Origin: Candidatus Moraniibacteriota bacterium
Lineage (GTDB): Bacteria > Patescibacteriota > Minisyncoccia > Moranbacterales > UBA1568
DNA: 64,000 nucleotides
Assembly: GCA_016699975.1 (NCBI GenBank)
Contig: CP064994.1
Coordinates: forward strand, 129,222 to 193,221
Direction of reading: 5' to 3'
The notes below the pieces were generated by a model. The model made no database searches. It saw only the letters and a program-made list of their open reading frames with translations, and was not told the origin of the DNA. Below are positions 57,436 through 64,000 of the stretch, one piece after another. Made by a program: the position numbers and the translations under genes. Position 1 is the stretch's first letter, and each line of letters begins with the position of its first letter.

Positions 57436-58358
57436 ATGAAGACTTGCACGAGTTTCGTAAGGGGGATTTTCCTTGGGATGGTTTTTTTTTCTCGAGCCTA
57501 TTTTTTGTTACCGAAAATGCCGCTGCGCAAGGCACGAGCTGCCCGAGCCCTGAAACAAACTGCAAGGCGGAATGTACGAATCAGGTGACTGCTTGTGCGA
57601 GCGCGTGCGCAAACCAAGGAAGCAACTTGTACTACTGCCCTTCTGGCTCAAGCACTTGTAATGCAAGCTACTGCAAGTCGGCCTGTGATATGAATACTGA
57701 TGACACCACGCAAACGGCTTGCAACAGTGTTTGTAAGACGCCAGGCTTGTCACAGTATTGTCCTCCGAAAGGGAGCTCTCCTCCTGATGGAACGACGGGA
57801 CCCGGCGCGACCAATGTCATCGATATTTCTCTTCCTAATCCGCTCAAGTACAATACGGTTCAAGAAGTTGTCATGGCGCTCCTCTACGCGCTTCAGGGCA
57901 TCATCGTGATTCTTTCTTTGGTTTTTATTGTTTTTGGTGCGGTTCTCTACATTACGTCGGCCGGGAACCAATCTCGCGTGACCGCTGCAAAAACAGCGAT
58001 TACCGCGGCCCTTATCGGACTCGCGATCGGAATTCTCGCGCCCACATTTCTCAAAGAGATCGCTACTATTCTCGGATGGAATGCTACCGCGCCGCTTCCG
58101 CCCGAAGTCACGAATGCGCGTGGCGCGGCCGATATTCTTCTTTCGGCGCTCAATTTCCTCTTGGGAATGGTAGGAATTCTCGCGATTATTATGTTGGTGG
58201 TGGGTGGCATTATGTTCTTGGGAGCGGCGGGCGATACAACTCGTGTTTCTACAGCAAAGAAGATTGTAACGTATGCGCTCCTCGGTCTTGTCGTCGCGCT
58301 CGGATCTTTGGTGGTGGTGAGACAGCTCGCAGAATTTTTTGCAGGGACAACCTCATAG
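57436..58358 (+). CDS. Pilin-array protein P8: signal peptide, a Cys-rich domain and two tandem pilin modules. The start is restored across a T9 homopolymer; the ORF as sequenced runs 57444..58358.
   Basis: With T10 instead of T9 the N-terminus reads MKTCTSFVRGIFLGMVFFFSSLFFVTENAAAQG | TSCPSPETNCKAEC…. Module A …GIIVILSLVFIVFGAVLYITSAGNQSRVTAAKTAITAALIGLAIGIL. Module B …FLLGMVGILAIIMLVVGGIMFLGAAGDTTRVSTAKKIVTYALLGLVVALGSLVV. Confidence 0.6.
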
Positions 58359-58416
58359 AAAGAAAGTATTTTTGGAATAAAAAGACAGGCAAGGAAATTT
58401 TTCCTTGCCTGTTTCG

Positions 58417-59790
58417 CTAAAGGGGGAAGTCTACTTCCCTTATAACGAACCCGAGATTTGTCTCGTCTTCCACTCCTCGATACTGTTCGTACGAAGGAGG
58501 AACATTGAAACGAAACTCGACGCAACCATCCTGCTGCGTTTTGAATATCCTTCCCACTGGTACCCCGCCGAGGAGGGGCACATAGGCGCTCCCTGAATCC
58601 TGATAGGGGAGATCTTCGGGGGTTGAATAGAACAGCCCTGTGACTCGGTGTGCCTCCGAAACCCCCGTACTGCGGTCAATCGTGCGAAAGGATATCCTAT
58701 CACTTGCCGCCGTTGTCACGCTCACAAAGGTGTAGCGAGCGTTGGGTTTCAAACCGCAAAGTTTTTCAGGCTTCAGGGTTTGTATGCTCAATGAGCGGGT
58801 CGTCTCGTTTCCTGCGAACAGTTTTTTCACCTTTGGATTGTGCGCGGCGTCCCTCACGACATCTCGCCCCGAGGAGAGAAGAAGCAAGCCTAATACCAAG
58901 AGCGAGACAAGGATAAAGATTGTCCTCAGTATACGACTCCACGAGAGCGTTATGGTACTTCCACTCCATTTCAATAGGAGTAGACCGATGAATGCTACGG
59001 CCAGCACTCCGAAGAGGAGAGCTCTATTGTCGGGATCTGTCACAAATTCCCCGAGAGTAGAGAGCGTTTGAATAGTATTTTGCTTGAGTTGTTGTCGATG
59101 AGATCCTCTCTTTGTCTCATTGAGAAGAGCAACTTCTTCCGAAGTTAGTTGGTCAGAGGTGAGATTCTTTTCACGAATCCTTTTTTGTAACTCCCTCTGT
59201 TTCGTAATGAGAGACAGAGATTCGTTTTCTTCCAGTAAGGCTTCGGTGTAAGCAATCTCTTTCTCTACCTTGTCGGGGGTAAGAACTGGGAAAATAGTGT
59301 TCAGAAGTGCCAAAATGATTACAATTGCACCGTACCAAAGGGAAACTTTTTTAAACCATTCCCCCTCTCTGTACACCATGCCCCAGTATCCCAATGTTAA
59401 TGAAGCCGCAATTATAATTCCGGCCATTTTTGGGTGTTGACCAAAGTCCCATGTTCCCAAAAACAAAAACATGAAACTATTGACGAATGCAATGTTTACG
59501 GCAGCAGTGATCAGACTCTTGATCGCAACATTTACAGTGTGCGTCGCAGTTGGACCCGCTGGGAGCAAACCCCAGAGGAAACCTCCTAACAAGGTTATCC
59601 CTATTATGTCTGGAGATAATCCTACCCCGATAACAAAGACTGAAAAGAGGACCGATATCGCAATACAAACTCCTCCAAATCCGAATGCTATTGCCACGAG
59701 CCCTACCCCGTAAGCGAATGCATGGATAAGAAAAAGAAAAAAAAGAAGTGCTTTCCAGGCTTCTCGAGTCGTTTGCCAAGTTGTAAGCAT
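58417..59790 (-). CDS. Large polytopic membrane protein with a central coiled-coil and a C-terminal soluble domain, hypothetical
   Basis: Six or more hydrophobic helices at the N-terminus, a second TM cluster after a coiled-coil, and no catalytic motif. Confidence 0.45.
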   Translation of the reverse strand: MLTTWQTTREAWKALLFFLFLIHAFAYGVGLVAIAFGFGGVCIAISVLFSVFVIGVGLSPDIIGITLLGGFLWGLLPAGPTATHTVNVAIKSLITAAVNIAFVNSFMFLFLGTWDFGQHPKMAGIIIAASLTLGYWGMVYREGEWFKKVSLWYGAIVIILALLNTIFPVLTPDKVEKEIAYTEALLEENESLSLITKQRELQKRIREKNLTSDQLTSEEVALLNETKRGSHRQQLKQNTIQTLSTLGEFVTDPDNRALLFGVLAVAFIGLLLLKWSGSTITLSWSRILRTIFILVSLLVLGLLLLSSGRDVVRDAAHNPKVKKLFAGNETTRSLSIQTLKPEKLCGLKPNARYTFVSVTTAASDRISFRTIDRSTGVSEAHRVTGLFYSTPEDLPYQDSGSAYVPLLGGVPVGRIFKTQQDGCVEFRFNVPPSYEQYRGVEDETNLGFVIREVDFPL

Positions 59791-59808
59791 GGGAAATTTC
59801 CTTCTAGT

Positions 59809-60465
59809 TTAGGAGAATTTGACTAAAAGTATGATCAGTAGAAGAAAAACGAAAATTCCAAGGGGCAATAGTCCCCATTTCCTGAATTTTCCGAGTTTCT
59901 GGTTTGCTTGAGTTGTCCATTTGGGATTGTTAATCGAGTCCAGAATTGGATATCCCAATTCTTTCGCTTTCGCAATAGCCCAATTCACTTGTTCTGGCAG
60001 AGACGACTCACTGATCATATTCTTTGCAATGAGAGCTTGTACTGTCTTTTGTTCTCCTTCTTGGTATATCATGCGAGCCCATTGGGCCAAATTATGAAGA
60101 CGAGGATCATTCGGATTGAGCTCTTCTCGAACCTCGTGAGAAGCGAACTTGTCTCCCTTTTTTCCTCCCCATACACCCTTTTTCACCACTGGTAGTGGCA
60201 GGCTAATAATAGATATCCGAAATTGATTGGCTTGGTGTCTTTTTAGAACATCGGTCATCAATTCCTGGATCTTTTTGTGCAACATCGGACCATTCTTCAT
60301 TTGAAGAAGAAGGGTGTGTAGTGTGTCAAAAGTGGATTCGTCTCTTTTGTCGAGAGATCCACCCAATAACCCTGGGAGATATTGCTTTGCCATTTGTTCT
60401 GCCTCTCCTCCTGATGGGAGTAAGGAAAAAATCATTCTTGCAATTTCGCCGGGTCTTATGACCAT
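59809..60465 (-). CDS. Hypothetical tail-anchored protein
   Basis: Single C-terminal TM segment LLPLGIFVFLLLIILLV. Confidence 0.4.
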   Translation of the reverse strand: MVIRPGEIARMIFSLLPSGGEAEQMAKQYLPGLLGGSLDKRDESTFDTLHTLLLQMKNGPMLHKKIQELMTDVLKRHQANQFRISIISLPLPVVKKGVWGGKKGDKFASHEVREELNPNDPRLHNLAQWARMIYQEGEQKTVQALIAKNMISESSLPEQVNWAIAKAKELGYPILDSINNPKWTTQANQKLGKFRKWGLLPLGIFVFLLLIILLVKFS

Positions 60466-60786
60466 GAGGGCTCCTTAAGCTAGTATGTGGTTGTTAAAAA
60501 GCGAGGTGAATATTTGCCCATCTTCATTTTGTCAATTTCCCTTTGAAATGCGGGGAAAGAAACAAGAGAGATGGCTCGAAACAGTAGCATTTTTTGAATA
60601 GCGTGTCAATAAGAGGGTGTCAGGCGATTCCTTTTTAAAAATTTAGTACGGAAACGATTCTGGGTGTTGGGAGTTCAGGCGTGATCTGCTTCTACCGAGT
60701 TTGACAGAGTGCATCGAAGGTGCTAAAGTAGGAAGCGTAAGAGTGGTGTGTGGTTCGCGTGAGCGGGCCTTTTTTTATAGCTTTTA

Positions 60787-62244
60787 ATGAATATTATGGC
60801 GCGAAAGAAACGGGCGCTCGACCGAGAGGATCTCGAACGCGGAGATGACGATGAAACGAAAGAGAAGAAAGAGAGTGGGCAGTCGGGCTCTATTCGCCTC
60901 GGCGAATTCGGGAGCGCGGTTCTTCAGCTTGCCGAAGAGAAAGGCATTTCCGAAGAAAAAGTGATCGAAGTGGTGGAAGCGGCTTTGTCTGCGGCGTATA
61001 AGAAAGATTACGGAAAGCGCGGACAGGTGATTCGTGCCGAATTTGATCGTATCACGAAATCGGCGAAGTATTTTCTGGTGAAAGAAGTGGTCGATGAGAC
61101 GACACGCGAATTTGTGAGCGAGGAAGAGCTTTCCTCCGAAAGCGCCGCTCGAGAATCGACTGCCGAAACGCGCGGCGAACGTCGGGAAGAGCAGCCTGAG
61201 GCTGCCGCGGGTGTTCCCGAAGAAGATCGACTGCCGCGCTTTAATGGGGAGCGCGATATGACACTCGAAGAAGCGCGTGCCATAAAAAGTGATGCGGCAC
61301 TTGGAGATTTTATCGACCTTCCACTTGAGGAACATCAGGAGTTCGGACGCGTCGCAGCTCAAACGGCAAAACAGGTGATCATCCAACGGATTCGCGAGGC
61401 GGAACGCGAAAGCATGTTTGCGGAGTACAAGGGAAAGGAAGGCACGATTGTAAACGGTGTGGTGCAGCGAATCGATGGGCGAATCGTTTTTGTGGACTTG
61501 GGAAAATCGGTTGGAGCGCTTTTCCCGTCGGAACAAATGGAGGGCGAGAACTACCGCTTAGGGCAGCGCGTCAAAGTGTATATTCTCCGGGTCGAGTCCG
61601 ATACGAAGGGTCCTGGCATTACTTTGTCTCGCGCCCACGCCGAAATGGTGCGCCATCTTTTTACGCTTGAAGTGCCGGAAATATTTGCGGGCACCGTTCA
61701 AATAAAAGCGATCGCGCGCGAGGCGGGGTCTCGTACAAAAATCGCGGTCTTTACTGCGGAAGAGGGCGTCGACCCGATCGGTTCGTGCGTCGGGCAAAAA
61801 GGAACGCGGGTGCAGGCCGTGATCGATGAACTCGGCGGAGAAAAAATCGACATCATTGAGTGGAGCGACGACCTCCAAAAATTTATTAAGGCGGCACTCT
61901 CTCCGGCGAAAGTGAGCAAAGTGGAAGTGAACGACATGACGAAAAGCGCAATTGTTCATGTCCCCGAAGATCAGCTCTCGCTTGCTATTGGGCGGCGTGG
62001 GCAAAACGTGCGGCTCGCTTCGAAACTCACAGGACTTCGCCTTGATATTGCCGGGAGCGGCACAAGAAAGGGCGCCGAGGCGAGTCTCGGGTCCGAAGAA
62101 ACACCGGAGCCGACAAGCGAAGAAGTGAATGCCGAGCCGGCACCGGAGTCGACTCCCGAAACCGATTTTCCGGAAGAAAGGGAAAGTATTTCCACGGAAA
62201 ATGCTGAGATTTCCCGAAACGGTTTCGGACGACACGGAACATGA
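60787..62244 (+). CDS. nusA: Transcription termination/antitermination factor NusA, with an acidic C-terminal tail
   Basis: N-terminal domain, then an S1 domain (GTIVNGVVQRIDGRIVFVDLG), then tandem KH domains (…VDPIGSCVGQKGTRVQAVIDELGGEKIDII…, …LAIGRRGQNVRLASKLTG…). Confidence 0.9.
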   Translation: MNIMARKKRALDREDLERGDDDETKEKKESGQSGSIRLGEFGSAVLQLAEEKGISEEKVIEVVEAALSAAYKKDYGKRGQVIRAEFDRITKSAKYFLVKEVVDETTREFVSEEELSSESAARESTAETRGERREEQPEAAAGVPEEDRLPRFNGERDMTLEEARAIKSDAALGDFIDLPLEEHQEFGRVAAQTAKQVIIQRIREAERESMFAEYKGKEGTIVNGVVQRIDGRIVFVDLGKSVGALFPSEQMEGENYRLGQRVKVYILRVESDTKGPGITLSRAHAEMVRHLFTLEVPEIFAGTVQIKAIAREAGSRTKIAVFTAEEGVDPIGSCVGQKGTRVQAVIDELGGEKIDIIEWSDDLQKFIKAALSPAKVSKVEVNDMTKSAIVHVPEDQLSLAIGRRGQNVRLASKLTGLRLDIAGSGTRKGAEASLGSEETPEPTSEEVNAEPAPESTPETDFPEERESISTENAEISRNGFGRHGT

Positions 62245-62384
62245 AATGAAGTAAGAGGCTTTCTTTTCGTGAGCTTTGGTAAGAGCGTTCATGATTCTAT
62301 CGTGTCTTACTCATTTTTTTCACTCCTTTTCTCGAGGAGAACAGCAAGTTTTCAAAACGATTTTTATTCATAATCTCCACCCCT

Positions 62385-62918
62385 ATGAACTTGTGGAAAG
62401 ACATTTCGTACGGAGAACGTGCGCCCGAAATAGTCAACATGATTGTCGAGTGTCCGCGCGGCACGAAAAACAAGTACGAAATCGACAAGGAAACCGGTCT
62501 GATCATGCTTGATCGTGCCATGAAGACCGCGCAAGACTATCCGTTTGACTACGGATTCGTGCCGCAGACTCTCTGGGACGATGGTGATGCGCTCGATGTC
62601 GTTCTTCTTTCGACATATCCCTTGGCGCCCGGCATTCTTGTTTCGGCGCGCGTTGTGGGGGTTATGCATATGGTGGACTGCGGAGAGGGAGATGATAAGA
62701 TTCTTGCGGTTCCCGCAAAGGATCCGCGGTGGGATAGTGTCAAAAATCTGAAAGATGTGAACCCGCACACTCTGAAAGAAATTCGCCATTTCTTTGAAAC
62801 CTATAAGTCGATTGAAGAGGGAAAGAAGGTGACCGTGAGCGGATTCGAAGGAAAAAAAGAAGCGCTTGCCGCCGTGAAGAAAGGCATTCGCCTCTATGCC
62901 GAAAAGTTTGCGAAGTAG
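62385..62918 (+). CDS. ppa: Inorganic pyrophosphatase, family I
   Basis: …VECPRGTKNKYEIDKETG…DGDALDVVLL…ILAVPAKDPRW…. Confidence 0.95.
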   Translation: MNLWKDISYGERAPEIVNMIVECPRGTKNKYEIDKETGLIMLDRAMKTAQDYPFDYGFVPQTLWDDGDALDVVLLSTYPLAPGILVSARVVGVMHMVDCGEGDDKILAVPAKDPRWDSVKNLKDVNPHTLKEIRHFFETYKSIEEGKKVTVSGFEGKKEALAAVKKGIRLYAEKFAK

Positions 62919-62953
62919 GAAGGATACTTCCAAAAAAGCGGCGCCCGTCGCAC

Positions 62954-62990
62954 AAAAGCCCCGAAACACTCTTGTTTCGGGGCTTTTGGA
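62954..62990 (+). terminator. Rho-independent terminator after ppa
   Basis: AAAAGCCCCGAAACA-CTCT-TGTTTCGGGGCTTTT. Confidence 0.75.
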
Positions 62991-63121
62991 AATTTCTCGG
63001 CTTTTTCTTTTGCGGGACCACTCTTTGAGTGTGCTCTTCACAAAAGCGGAGATCTGTGTGAAGATGATGTTTCGTGAGGGTGAAGTCCAGCCTATCTTTT
63101 GTTTATTGTTTATCGTTTTTT

Positions 63122-64000
63122 ATGCGTGTCGATATTACTCCTCTTCCTGATTCCGAAGTCACACTCTCGATCGCCCTTTCGTGGGAAGAGTGGAAGAAAG
63201 ATGTTGATAAAGCGGTTTTGACGCTTGGAAAAAGTGTGAAAGTCGAGGGATTTCGGGCAGGAAAAGTGCCGCGTGAGGTTCTGGAGCGGAAAATTGGGAA
63301 GGGCGCTCTTCTTGCGGAAGCCGCGGACAGTGCAATTCGGCGTTCGTACGCCACTCTTCTTCGCCAAAATGATATTGAGGCGATCGGTCGTCCTGAAGTG
63401 ACGCTTAATGAACACGAAGAAGGAGGAGAATTTCGGTACACGGTAAAAACCGCCCGTATGCCGGAGGTGACGCTTGAGTCCTGGGAAGAGAAGATACGAG
63501 AAGTGAATCGCAAACAGGCAAACGAAACAGAAGGAGTGACGGAATCAGAAGTGGATGAAGCGCTCCAAAAGATCGCTGAGAGTCGCGCGAAGTTTGTGAC
63601 GGTGCCGCGCGAGGCGAGAACGGGAGATGGGGTCGAAATAGACTTTCTGGTCTTGCAAGAAGGAGTGCCGATCGAGAATGGGACATCGAAAGGGCATCAC
63701 CTTATTCTTGGGAAAGGGACATTTATTCCGGGCTTCGAAGAAGCCATTCTCGGCATGCAGGCGGGTGAAGAAAAGCAATTCAATCTTTCCTTCCCTCTCG
63801 AGTATCACGCGAAGCATCTGGCTGGGAAGCCAGCTCGCTTTGAAGTGAAACTAAAAGCAGTTGAGGAGCGCACCATTCCCGAAATCGATGATGCCTTTGC
63901 AGCTTCTCTCGGCGCATTCGAGACGGCAGAAGCGCTCCGAGCGAGTGTGCGAGGAGGACTCGAGAAGGAAAAGAAAGAGGCACAGAAAGAATCTTGGCGC
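63122..64000 (+). CDS. tig: Trigger factor, partial, continuing past the window end
   Basis: N-terminal ribosome-binding signature GFRAGKVP. The FKBP-type PPIase region …GTFIPGFEEAILGMQAGEEKQFNLSFP… follows, and there is no stop before 64000. Confidence 0.85.
   Translation, partial: MRVDITPLPDSEVTLSIALSWEEWKKDVDKAVLTLGKSVKVEGFRAGKVPREVLERKIGKGALLAEAADSAIRRSYATLLRQNDIEAIGRPEVTLNEHEEGGEFRYTVKTARMPEVTLESWEEKIREVNRKQANETEGVTESEVDEALQKIAESRAKFVTVPREARTGDGVEIDFLVLQEGVPIENGTSKGHHLILGKGTFIPGFEEAILGMQAGEEKQFNLSFPLEYHAKHLAGKPARFEVKLKAVEERTIPEIDDAFAASLGAFETAEALRASVRGGLEKEKKEAQKESWR

Overview
This 64 kb window reads as a small-genome bacterium of roughly 50% GC, judged by eye. The gene content (a short 589-aa IF-2, many secreted or membrane hypothetical proteins, high tRNA density) resembles a Patescibacteria/CPR-like organism, but that is inference only and the lineage cannot be assigned from sequence. 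The housekeeping backbone on both strands is: pnp, rpsO, gyrA, rplS, rbfA, ftsH, tilS, gmk, rpsA, an RluA-family pseudouridine synthase, peroxiredoxin, Fe/Mn superoxide dismutase, class I ribonucleotide reductase nrdAB, CCA-adding enzyme, infB, nusA, ppa and a partial tig. There are also 13 tRNA genes and several clean rho-independent terminators. Three accessory regions stand out. The first is a roughly 4.5 kb element inserted at the 3' end of tRNA-Leu(GAG); it carries a large serine recombinase and two pairs of long near-perfect inverted repeats. The second is a roughly 1.8 kb AT-rich stretch with no genes and six copies of a 14-bp palindrome that resembles DnaA boxes. The third, and the best candidate for an undescribed system, is a roughly 6 kb tandem array of paralogous secreted proteins. 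Each joins a variable, often cysteine-rich, ectodomain to a conserved two-helix module that looks like a VirB2/TrbC-type pilin; one copy also carries a lysozyme/SLT-like domain, and two copies share an identical 139-bp stretch. At least ten genes show single-base frameshifts, and most fall in homopolymer runs. This most likely reflects sequencing or assembly error rather than pseudogenization, so several features are given as merged intervals. No CRISPR array or rRNA gene was seen.
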